Shown here in pieces: positions 6,824-13,612 of a DNA stretch of 44,715 nucleotides. The notes below the pieces were generated by a model. That model did not search any database. It saw nothing but the letters and a program-made list of their open reading frames with translations, and was not told the origin of the DNA. The stretch comes from a virus, in the IMG/VR virus record IMGVR_UViG_3300045988_039553, positions 1-44,715 of that record. The stretch is one strand, 5' to 3'. The position numbers and the translations under genes were made by a program. How positions within the stretch are numbered: position 1 is the stretch's first letter; the number at the start of each line of letters is the position of its first letter.

Positions 6824-7494
6824 TTCAATTCCTCCTCGCTTTGGTGTTGGTGCAGATAGAGCACATGGCTCTTGCCGATGGCGGCGTTTTGGGCGAGCCA
6901 TGCGCGCGCCTGCTCGCGGGATAGATGGCTCTCCATCGCGCGGCTCTCATAGCTGAATTCTCCCGCCTCCAGCTTGCGCTTCATGCGCTCCTGTATCTCC
7001 TCTTCGCCGTAATTGGCTTCGATCAGATAAAGGTCGTAGTCCTGCGCCACAATGCCGTCCAGCGAGGCGCAGTCCGTCGCATAGAACACGCGCTCGCCGT
7101 TTGCAAATTCGATATGCCACGCACAATTCGGAACATCGTGAGGAATGGAATTGTAGGACACACAGACGGGGTAGAGAAGGGAACAGGAGTAGAACAGCAC
7201 ATGGCCTGCCATGCCCTCGTCGGTCACGCGGCGGTCCACGCCGATGCGTCCCATCGGTCCCATGAGCCACGGAGGGACGCACCAGCGCAGCGCAGGGCGC
7301 AGGAAGTGCAGGCGCTTGATGGTCTCGGGGTTGAAGTGGTCGCCGTGAACATGCGTCAGCAGGACGAGCCTCAATCCCTTGCAGTATGGTTCGAGTTCCC
7401 GAAATGGAACGCCGCAGTCAATGAGTATTTCATCATTCAGCAGTACGGCGTTCCCCTTGGAGCCGGTCGAAATGACCTTGACCTTACAGATCAT
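6820..7494 (-). CDS. MBL-fold metallo-hydrolase
   Basis: HVHGDH motif and a beta-lactamase-fold N-terminal pattern. Confidence 0.75.
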   Translation of the reverse strand: MICKVKVISTGSKGNAVLLNDEILIDCGVPFRELEPYCKGLRLVLLTHVHGDHFNPETIKRLHFLRPALRWCVPPWLMGPMGRIGVDRRVTDEGMAGHVLFYSCSLLYPVCVSYNSIPHDVPNCAWHIEFANGERVFYATDCASLDGIVAQDYDLYLIEANYGEEEIQERMKRKLEAGEFSYESRAMESHLSREQARAWLAQNAAIGKSHVLYLHQHQSEEELK

Positions 7495-8371
7495 TCATGC
7501 TCACCTGCTTGGTGGTGCCGGTCTTTCCGTCGTCCGGCGTACCGAGGGCGTCAGCGGGAGCGGGCAGCTCGTCCTTGACCTCGCCTGTGGTCTCGTCCAC
7601 TTCGACGGTCGGGAGATCAAAATACTGCTCGCGGCTCGCGCGTCCCTCTTTCAGTGAGGTATACACATTACGCAGGCGCACGATGCTCTGCGCCGTGAAC
7701 GCTTCGGCCTTGCAGCCGATGTACTTTTCAAGGCACTCCATCGGTACGCCGAAGTCATCCTTGAACGCCTGTCCCATCTTGCGTACGCGGTCGATCATGG
7801 GTTCATCGCTCTTTCCCATCATCGTCTTGGTACACGCCGCAAGAGCGGTGTCTACCACGTCGCCGGGGATAATGCCAAGAATGCACGCGCGCATACGGCG
7901 CGCGCCCTGATTGGCGACCATTTCATAGATGTCGCGCGGGTCGGTGAGGGCAACGCCGCCTTTCTTGGTGTAGCGGATATGCGGCACGGTGAAGATCTTC
8001 GTCTGGCGGGTGTTGGTCTCCAAATCCCAGCAGTAGGCCATGACGGTACTCTCGCCGTTCTTCTGCTCCAGCTCGGTAATGCCGAAGTCGAGGTTGCCCC
8101 AGTTCTGCGCCATGACCTCGGCGAGACGGATCGAGGGGCCGGTCACGTTCTCGCCGCCGCGCGGGTATTCATAGATCGCGCGCTCGGCAAGGCTCTTGCG
8201 CTTGCAGGCGTTGAGAATGCGGTTGTTCGCTTCGATCTCGTCACGGGGAAAACGCTTGGCGACGACCATTGCCGCCTGTACCTCCTGCGCCTGACGGGAG
8301 ATCATCATTTCGGCGTTCACGCTCTTGGCGCTCACAACTTCGGTGCTGTTGTAGGTCTGCATTTCGTTCAT
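7484..8371 (-). CDS. recT: RecT-family single-strand annealing recombinase
   Basis: TAAGGAGGA SD before the ATG at 8371. RecT-like segment AKRFPRD...CKRKSLAERAIYEYPRGG...GPSIRLAE. Confidence 0.7.
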   Translation of the reverse strand: MNEMQTYNSTEVVSAKSVNAEMMISRQAQEVQAAMVVAKRFPRDEIEANNRILNACKRKSLAERAIYEYPRGGENVTGPSIRLAEVMAQNWGNLDFGITELEQKNGESTVMAYCWDLETNTRQTKIFTVPHIRYTKKGGVALTDPRDIYEMVANQGARRMRACILGIIPGDVVDTALAACTKTMMGKSDEPMIDRVRKMGQAFKDDFGVPMECLEKYIGCKAEAFTAQSIVRLRNVYTSLKEGRASREQYFDLPTVEVDETTGEVKDELPAPADALGTPDDGKTGTTKQVSMNDL

Positions 8372-8393
8372 GGTAATATCCTCCTTAAAATAA

Positions 8394-9221
8394 TCATTCG
8401 TACTGATAGCCATTGCTGACAAGGAATTGCTTCAAAAGGCGCAGGCGCTCGCGCGTATCGGTCACGCGGAACGACACCGTGAGGCGTTCGACCGCCACCT
8501 GCTCCACGCGCTTCGGGACGACCTGCGGGGCCGCTGCGACGGTTACTCCAGCAGCGCGCGCTGCTGGAGTAACCGTGTGGCGTTTCACGGCCTCGCGCTC
8601 CTCCTCGGCGCGGCGGTGACGCTCGTTGACAACGGAGATCGCAAGCGAGAGGTCGAGGTTATTTTTGTACTCCACCATGATCTCCGGCGCGTTCTCGCTC
8701 ATCGTGCCGATGGTTTTCATGTCCTGCGCCACGCCGTCCACCTTTAGCTTGATCTGCTCCATGAGCTTCTTCGGCGTCTTGGCTCTGGCGCTCGCCATAT
8801 CGACCTTAACGCCGGTCTGCCCGAACGAAAGGAAGTCGATCTCGTTGACCGCGCACAGCTCCCGAAAATAGCACAGCAGCATTTCCTTGCAGCGGCTCTT
8901 GATCTCGCTTTCCGTCGCGTCGATCTTGGCTTTCAGGTCTGCGTCGGCGCGCTTGTACGGGTCGGCGATGCACTCACGGTAGACGGATTCGAAGCTGTCG
9001 TACTTCTCCATGATTGCGGCTTTAATGGCCTTGCGCTGGGTCTCGGCATCGGCAAACTCGCGGTTCATTTCGGCGCGAATGTTCTTCACGCTGGTTAAGG
9101 TCTCGTCGGTGCAGACAAGGCTCATTGCCTCTGCGACGCGCTGCTCCGTCTGCTCCTTCCGGCTCCTCAAATGCTCCTCGATCACGGGGAGTTGAGTCAC
9201 TTTCATCAGGGTGTTATCCAT
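8394..9221 (-). CDS. DUF1351 family phage protein
   Basis: LPVIEEHL...VCTDETLTSVKNIRAEMNREF...QRKAIK matches the recalled DUF1351 N-terminal pattern. GGAGGAG SD before the ATG at 9221. Confidence 0.7.
   Translation of the reverse strand: MDNTLMKVTQLPVIEEHLRSRKEQTEQRVAEAMSLVCTDETLTSVKNIRAEMNREFADAETQRKAIKAAIMEKYDSFESVYRECIADPYKRADADLKAKIDATESEIKSRCKEMLLCYFRELCAVNEIDFLSFGQTGVKVDMASARAKTPKKLMEQIKLKVDGVAQDMKTIGTMSENAPEIMVEYKNNLDLSLAISVVNERHRRAEEEREAVKRHTVTPAARAAGVTVAAAPQVVPKRVEQVAVERLTVSFRVTDTRERLRLLKQFLVSNGYQYE
8541..8574. repeat. Perfect 34-bp palindrome inside the DUF1351 gene
   Basis: ggttactccagcagcgc|gcgctgctggagtaacc equals its own reverse complement (checked base by base). Confidence 0.95.
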
Positions 9222-9384
9222 CTTCGGTCTCCTCCAATTCTTCAAAATACATTTCCTCTGCGCCGCAGTCCGGGCAGAACTTTTCCGTCACAAGGGCATA
9301 GCCGCGCTCACCGTCAAGGTTCTCGCGCCTGCGCAAGACGTCGGGCTCGTCAAAGGTCAGCCCGCACCATTCGCAGCGGTACAT
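9214..9384 (-). CDS. Small zinc-ribbon protein (56 aa)
   Basis: MYRCEWCG...CPDCG has two CxxC pairs. The start overlaps the stop of the upstream micro-ORF (TGATG). Confidence 0.55.
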   Translation of the reverse strand: MYRCEWCGLTFDEPDVLRRRENLDGERGYALVTEKFCPDCGAEEMYFEELEETEDG

Positions 9385-9500
9385 CACATCATCGCCGAGA
9401 CCGCGATGAGCACTGCCGCCAGCAACAGGCAAATACCGGCAAAAAGCATCGCCTCGTCCGCTTTGCGCTGCTCTCTCGTGCGCTTGTCGTGCCGTTTCAT
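9384..9500 (-). CDS. Micro-ORF, 38-aa single-pass membrane peptide
   Basis: Manual translation MKRHDKRTREQRKADEAMLFAGICLLLAAVLIAVSAMM. ATGA overlap upstream and TGATG overlap downstream. Confidence 0.4.
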   Translation of the reverse strand: MKRHDKRTREQRKADEAMLFAGICLLLAAVLIAVSAMM

Positions 9501-9652
9501 CGTCTGCACCCCCTGTCGATATACGGCAGCAGATCATACAGCACCTTGCACACCGCGCACGCGCCGATGACGGCAAGGGAGGTCGTAAAGTCGCAGCCGT
9601 TCAGCGCGATCACCGCAGCGGCAATACCGCCGAAAAATAACGTGTCGATCAT
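9497..9652 (-). CDS. Micro-ORF, 51-aa hydrophobic peptide
   Basis: Manual translation MIDTLFFGGIAAAVIALNGCDFTTSLAVIGACAVCKVLYDLLPYIDRGCRR. GGTGGAGG SD and ATGA overlap with the upstream gene. Confidence 0.4.
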   Translation of the reverse strand: MIDTLFFGGIAAAVIALNGCDFTTSLAVIGACAVCKVLYDLLPYIDRGCRR

Positions 9653-9858
9653 GCCTCCACCTCATATCCAAGAAATTTCAGGAACGAAAGCCGCGGGATG
9701 ACCGTGATCGTTCCGATGCGGCTGACCGGAAATCCGAGCTGTTCGGGGTGGTCTTTCGCCGCAATGCTGATCGAATAGGGCTTCCGACCGAGTACCGGCG
9801 CGATATCCGCCGGTGTCAGCACCGGCTTGTCCGATGCAAGCATTTCTTCCACCGTCAT
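9649..9858 (-). CDS. Small DNA-binding (excisionase/MerR-like HTH) protein
   Basis: 69 aa. LTPADIAPVLG...ISIAAKD resembles Xis-type HTH proteins. The call rests on size and pattern only. Confidence 0.4.
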   Translation of the reverse strand: MTVEEMLASDKPVLTPADIAPVLGRKPYSISIAAKDHPEQLGFPVSRIGTITVIPRLSFLKFLGYEVEA

Positions 9859-10091
9859 GTGCGTTCCTCCTTGCTGTCCAATGCCGCTTGAGCTTCACAG
9901 CACAATTCCTCTTCCACGCGCCGTAACGCCATTTCAATCTGAATCAGTGCCCCGTAAAACCGGCAGTCTCCGGTCTCAGAGAGTTCGCCTTCTTGAATTG
10001 CCCCTGCGATGCAGAGGGACAGTGTGTCGGTCACACCAGAAAGATCACACCCTATGGAATCGACTTTACCGGCAAACTCATTTATGCTCAT
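9855..10091 (-). CDS. Hypothetical protein (78 aa)
   Basis: Track ORF, coupled to its neighbours. Confidence 0.5.
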   Translation of the reverse strand: MSINEFAGKVDSIGCDLSGVTDTLSLCIAGAIQEGELSETGDCRFYGALIQIEMALRRVEEELCCEAQAALDSKEERT

Positions 10092-10822
10092 TTGCGTGTT
10101 CCTTCCTCTCCAAGAAACTTCTGGATGAAATACTGCTGGCCTTTGCCGGTGACTTTCGTGGTCTTGCTCACCGTCACCGTACCGTCAGAATGGGTGATTG
10201 CCGTTTCCTTAACGGTGAAAAGCCCCAAGTCCATTGATTTTTGTGTTGGCATATTGAAGTCCGTGCCGTTCCGGCGAATCAGATAGCCGTTTTCGCGCAT
10301 CCAACGGAACAGTCGGTGCTGCCCGATGTCAACGCCGTTTTGTTTCAGCAGCTTCGCCAGCTCGCCGACGAGGATCGAAGTCTTGCTTGCGCTGACCGCA
10401 TCGGCAAAAAGCACCTTCGGCGCGTCGGCCTCGACCTTGCTTTCAAGCCGCTTGAGCTTGTCCCCTGCGATTTGCAGCGCGCGGGCCATGACTTTCTCCG
10501 GGCTGTTCCAGTCCTTTTCGATTTGAAGAAAATACTGGCGAGCCTGCTTGCCCTTTTCATTGCGCTGGATCATGCAAAGCTCTTTCGCCATGTCGATGGT
10601 GAGCACTGCGTCGTCAACCGTTCGAGCAACCATGCGCTCACCCTCGTTTTGAACTCGCTCAATTTTGAGCGGGTTGAAATCTTCGCCCTCGGTGAACCCG
10701 TACTCGCACATTCTCGGGAACCAGTCTTTATAAGCCGTCTTCACTTCGAGAAAATCGTGCAGGTCTCGCGCAGAGACAGCAGGGCGGTCATTGTTGTAAG
10801 TGATCTTGATTAGCTCGTTCAT
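10088..10822 (-). CDS. Phage antirepressor (AntA/AntB N-terminal domain plus KilAC C-terminal domain)
   Basis: N-terminus ARDLHDFLEVKTAYKDWFPRMCEYGFTEGEDF. C-terminus ILVGELAKLLKQNGVDIGQHRLFRWMRENGYLI. Confidence 0.85.
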   Translation of the reverse strand: MNELIKITYNNDRPAVSARDLHDFLEVKTAYKDWFPRMCEYGFTEGEDFNPLKIERVQNEGERMVARTVDDAVLTIDMAKELCMIQRNEKGKQARQYFLQIEKDWNSPEKVMARALQIAGDKLKRLESKVEADAPKVLFADAVSASKTSILVGELAKLLKQNGVDIGQHRLFRWMRENGYLIRRNGTDFNMPTQKSMDLGLFTVKETAITHSDGTVTVSKTTKVTGKGQQYFIQKFLGEEGTRK

Positions 10823-11022
10823 GTGTCCTCCTTACCCGTAAGCGCTTCTTCCTTTACCTTGAAGTGCTTGGCAAGCCGTTTGATGTGGCGCGGGTGCGGG
10901 TAGCAAGCGCCATCTTTCCAGCTTTTGATCGACGTCTGCGAGACATCGATCTCTTTCGCAAGACGATAATTCGTCTCGCCGTGCTCAGCCTGTAGCCGAG
11001 CAAGGTTTTCAGGGAACCCCAT
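10819..11022 (-). CDS. cro: Cro-like XRE HTH repressor
   Basis: GGAGG lies 8 nt before the ATG at 11022. HTH segment NYRLAKEIDVSQTSIKSW. First gene downstream of a consensus promoter and divergent from the repressor gene. Confidence 0.75.
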   Translation of the reverse strand: MGFPENLARLQAEHGETNYRLAKEIDVSQTSIKSWKDGACYPHPRHIKRLAKHFKVKEEALTGKEDT

Positions 11023-11051
11023 CTTTTTCGCCTCCAAATTTGATTAAAATG

Positions 11052-11080
11052 TTGACAAATTGGAGCATTGGTGCTACTCT
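11052..11080 (+). promoter_or_regulatory. Candidate rightward promoter (TTGACA-N17-TGcTACTCT) for the repressor gene
   Basis: TTGACA at 11052-11057, 17-nt spacer, TACTCT at 11075-11080 preceded by TGc. The -10 element is weak. Confidence 0.35.
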
Positions 11081-11160
11081 AAGTTTTGCTACAAACATTA
11101 ATTCGCGCCAGCTCGATTTGTCGGGGTGGCTTGGCTTTTCAGTACCTGTCCACGGTCTTA

Positions 11161-11189
11161 ATTATACTTAATGATTGAGCATATGTCAA
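11161..11189 (-). promoter_or_regulatory. Perfect consensus sigma-A promoter for the early leftward operon (TTGACA-N17-TATAAT)
   Basis: Minus strand reads TTGACA (11189-11184), then a 17-nt spacer tatgctcaatcattaag, then TATAAT (11166-11161). Confidence 0.8.
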
Positions 11190-11191
11190 TA

Positions 11192-11208
11192 AATGATTAC
11201 GTATCATT
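11192..11208. promoter_or_regulatory. Candidate operator: inverted repeat AATGAT-N5-ATCATT, with an extra AATGAT half-site at 11170-11175 in the promoter spacer
   Basis: Read directly. The half-site recurs inside the -10/-35 spacer of the leftward promoter. Confidence 0.4.
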
Positions 11209-11234
11209 GTACACAATAATAGAGGTCAATATTT

Positions 11235-11795
11235 ATGGCATTTACCGAAAATCTAAACTATTGCATGACTCAAAGGGACTATTCTGCCTATCGCTTATCT
11301 AAGATAATTGGGTCGACAAACCAAGCTGTGTTAAATTGGCAAGCTGGAAAAGCTATCCCTCATGCAAAAACGCGCCAGAAGATCGCCGACCATTTCGGTA
11401 TCACGCTTGCCGAGCTGGATGGCGACGAGCTTCCCGCTCTGCCGGAAAAAGGCACAGAAAAAGCGCCCGCCCCCAAAGAGGACGAGCGCCCATATGTAGA
11501 TATGGATACCGCGCGCATCTGGTCGCCGCACCCTGTCGCGATTCTGGCCGCGCAGTATAAGGTCCCAACGGCCACGTTACAGCAGATCATCGGCTGTGAC
11601 TTTAACGTGGCGGGAAATATCGCGCTCGGGCTGGAAGCGCCCACCGACGAGCAGCTGCGCCGCGTCGCCGCTGCGTTCTGCGTGCCCTATGGCGACCTCA
11701 TGCGCGGTTGGGTTCCCCTGTACGCCAATCGAGACCTTTCTTTTGACAATATTCCCCGTAGCTCAGATCGCTCCCCTTCACCGGAAGATCGGTGA
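11235..11795 (+). CDS. CI-like repressor (N-terminal XRE HTH, no recognisable S24 peptidase domain)
   Basis: HTH segment YSAYRLSKIIGSTNQAVLNWQAGK. Divergent from cro. No Ser-Lys autoprotease motifs were noticed. Confidence 0.7.
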   Translation: MAFTENLNYCMTQRDYSAYRLSKIIGSTNQAVLNWQAGKAIPHAKTRQKIADHFGITLAELDGDELPALPEKGTEKAPAPKEDERPYVDMDTARIWSPHPVAILAAQYKVPTATLQQIIGCDFNVAGNIALGLEAPTDEQLRRVAAAFCVPYGDLMRGWVPLYANRDLSFDNIPRSSDRSPSPEDR

Positions 11796-11946
11796 TTTTC
11801 GGCATGACGGCCTCGCGTAGCGCGTCAAAGGCCGCGTCGTGTTCGTTTTCCGGCAGCGCGGCGATCCGCTCTACCTCTTTTCGCAAAAACTCCTTTTTCT
11901 GCGCATCTGACATCGTTAAGTACTCTTGGCGCTGTTTGTCGTTCAT
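11698..11946 (-). CDS. Hypothetical protein (82 aa)
   Basis: GGAGG lies 8 nt before the ATG. Preceded by the CCGTGGTGA-N19-TATGAT box. Its 3-prime end overlaps the repressor 3-prime end convergently by 98 nt. Confidence 0.6.
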   Translation of the reverse strand: MNDKQRQEYLTMSDAQKKEFLRKEVERIAALPENEHDAAFDALREAVMPKITDLPVKGSDLSYGEYCQKKGLDWRTGEPNRA

Positions 11947-11979
11947 CTTTTTATCCTCCGTATGTAAATAGTTTCACTT

Positions 11980-12016
11980 ATCATATACCGCGCCGAGGTG
12001 CATTTCACCACGGCGG
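11980..12016 (-). promoter_or_regulatory. CCGTGGTGA-N19-TATGAT promoter-like box (copy iv)
   Basis: Minus strand reads ccgCCGTGGTGAaatgcacctcggcgcggtaTATGAT. Confidence 0.5.
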
Positions 12017-12039
12017 AATGGTTTTAGGAGGTCTTGTGC

Positions 12040-12990
12040 ATGGGATTGTATACCGACCCGAATTACTTTGAAAAGCAAGCGCACTACCAGCACCGCAAAG
12101 TAAAGAAAGTCATTAAGGCGGTGTCCTCTAAGTCAAAGCAGCCTGCCCCTGATGAGGCGGTATCAGAAACCTCGACGCAGGTTGAGCCGGAATCCGCCTC
12201 ACGCGATATCCATGATTATCCCGTTGAACCAACAGTTGATGAATTTGACGAATCTCCCGGCCTAACTCAAATGACGCAAGAAGAATACGACGCGTTCATG
12301 ATGGGAATGACCGTCGAGCAATACCGCGTCTATCGTCAAATGGTTTTAGAAAACGAAGCCAAGCGAAACAGGCAGAAGCAGCCAAATAGGAAGCGGCGCT
12401 CTCCGGAAGTTGATCTTCTGCTGGCAGCATTGAAACCATTGTGCTTCGCGCTCGTCATCTGCGGGGTCATCTGGATTTCAATCGAAAAAGATGTCCCTTT
12501 GAAAGAATCTGACATGAATGACACCCCACCAATAAAGTCAACAACTGAAACAACTGGCGGCGGGGGCGGCAGGCTCGTTCCATTGCAGCCTGTGCCCATT
12601 CAAAACGGACAGATTGTCACATATCCGTCTGGCGATCAGGTCGCACCTTTGACAGTACAAACCGCCGGCGGCTCAAATTTCTATATCGTGCTAAACCCAA
12701 TCGACAGAGAGGCAATATCTAACGGAGCGATGTCTTTCCTCGTGTCGGCAAAAAGTGCCGAAGTAGATGTTCCTCTCGGGACATACGAAATCTATTATGC
12801 GTATGGTTCGGACTGGTACGGGAAAGAATATAAGTTTGGTGAAAACACCGAGTACTTCAAATGCAACGAAATGTTTGAATTTACCGCAGATGACGAGATG
12901 GTTTACGGTTGGACGCTTACTCTCTATAAAGTATCCAACGGGAATATGAGCACTGATATAGTGCCAAAAGATTCTTTCCCGGATATTTAA
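12040..12990 (+). CDS. Membrane-anchored protein of the lysogeny module (cytoplasmic N-terminus, one TM, extracellular beta-rich C-terminal domain). Candidate superinfection-exclusion or lysogenic-conversion gene.
   Basis: AGGAGG lies 8 nt before the ATG at 12040. TM segment LKPLCFALVICGVIWISI. GC content is visibly lower than in the flanks. Followed by a terminator. Confidence 0.7.
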   Translation: MGLYTDPNYFEKQAHYQHRKVKKVIKAVSSKSKQPAPDEAVSETSTQVEPESASRDIHDYPVEPTVDEFDESPGLTQMTQEEYDAFMMGMTVEQYRVYRQMVLENEAKRNRQKQPNRKRRSPEVDLLLAALKPLCFALVICGVIWISIEKDVPLKESDMNDTPPIKSTTETTGGGGGRLVPLQPVPIQNGQIVTYPSGDQVAPLTVQTAGGSNFYIVLNPIDREAISNGAMSFLVSAKSAEVDVPLGTYEIYYAYGSDWYGKEYKFGENTEYFKCNEMFEFTADDEMVYGWTLTLYKVSNGNMSTDIVPKDSFPDI

Positions 12991-12992
12991 GT

Positions 12993-13032
12993 AAAAGCCC
13001 TCGCCGCCTCTGCAACACCGGCGAGGGCTTTT
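12993..13032 (+). terminator. Rho-independent terminator
   Basis: Stem aaaagccctcgccg / cggcgagggctttt with a 12-nt loop. Confidence 0.7.
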
Positions 13033-13148
13033 CGGCAGCAGCGGGGAGCGGTCGCCGCTGCTTGTTTTGACCATATCGCGCTTTACCTTACCACTTCAAT
13101 ACCAAGACCTTGCAACACGACGGCATTCGACCGCGTTCGACAGACCCA

Positions 13149-13168
13149 CTTTTGGCACCCCAAAAGTA
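13149..13168. promoter_or_regulatory. Palindrome ACTTTTGG-cacc-CCAAAAGT upstream of the membrane-tethered HTH gene (candidate operator)
   Basis: Read directly. An 8-bp inverted repeat with no adjacent T-run. Confidence 0.3.
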
Positions 13169-13197
13169 CGAAAACTGGAAAAGTTAAGGTGATATAA

Positions 13198-13611
13198 ATG
13201 AACATTCAAGAGCTGTGTAGAATCCGTAAAGAAGAACTGAAACTGACCTATCAGGACATTTCCGACGCTTCCGGCGTGCCGCTGTCCACCGTCCAGAACT
13301 TCTTTTCCAAGCTGTCGAAAGCCCCGTCCATTTATACCGTCGCGCCGATCTGCAAGGTGCTCGGCATATCCCTTGATGAAATATTCGGAATTTCCGAACA
13401 CTTGACGCCGACCGAGGAAACTTTGCAGGCGCGCAATGATGAGTTGGAACGCCATGTTGACGCAAAGGCTGATACCATTGAGATCATGCGGCGCGGCGTC
13501 CGTATCCGAAACGGCGTGATTTTAATTCTGTTTATCATGGTGGTGTTGCTGGCTGCATGGGGTTTGTATATCGATATGCACTGCGTCGACTATGGATTTT
13601 GGAGGGGCTGA
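13198..13611 (+). CDS. XRE-type HTH regulator with a C-terminal transmembrane anchor
   Basis: HTH segment LTYQDISDASGVPLSTVQNFFS. C-terminal TM segment GVILILFIMVVLLAAWGLYI. AAGGTGA SD. Confidence 0.7.
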   Translation: MNIQELCRIRKEELKLTYQDISDASGVPLSTVQNFFSKLSKAPSIYTVAPICKVLGISLDEIFGISEHLTPTEETLQARNDELERHVDAKADTIEIMRRGVRIRNGVILILFIMVVLLAAWGLYIDMHCVDYGFWRG

Positions 13612-13612
13612 C

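Noticed and set aside
8541-8574. The 34-bp palindrome as a transcription terminator
   Set aside because: It lies inside an ORF, has no loop and no flanking T-run on either strand.
9214-9937. Long versions of track ORFs 9214-9576 and 9662-9937
   Set aside because: Their N-terminal parts are Arg/Cys-rich out-of-frame overlaps. The region is better explained by the coupled micro-ORFs, the zinc-ribbon ORF from ATG 9384, and the 9649-9858 and 9855-10091 genes.
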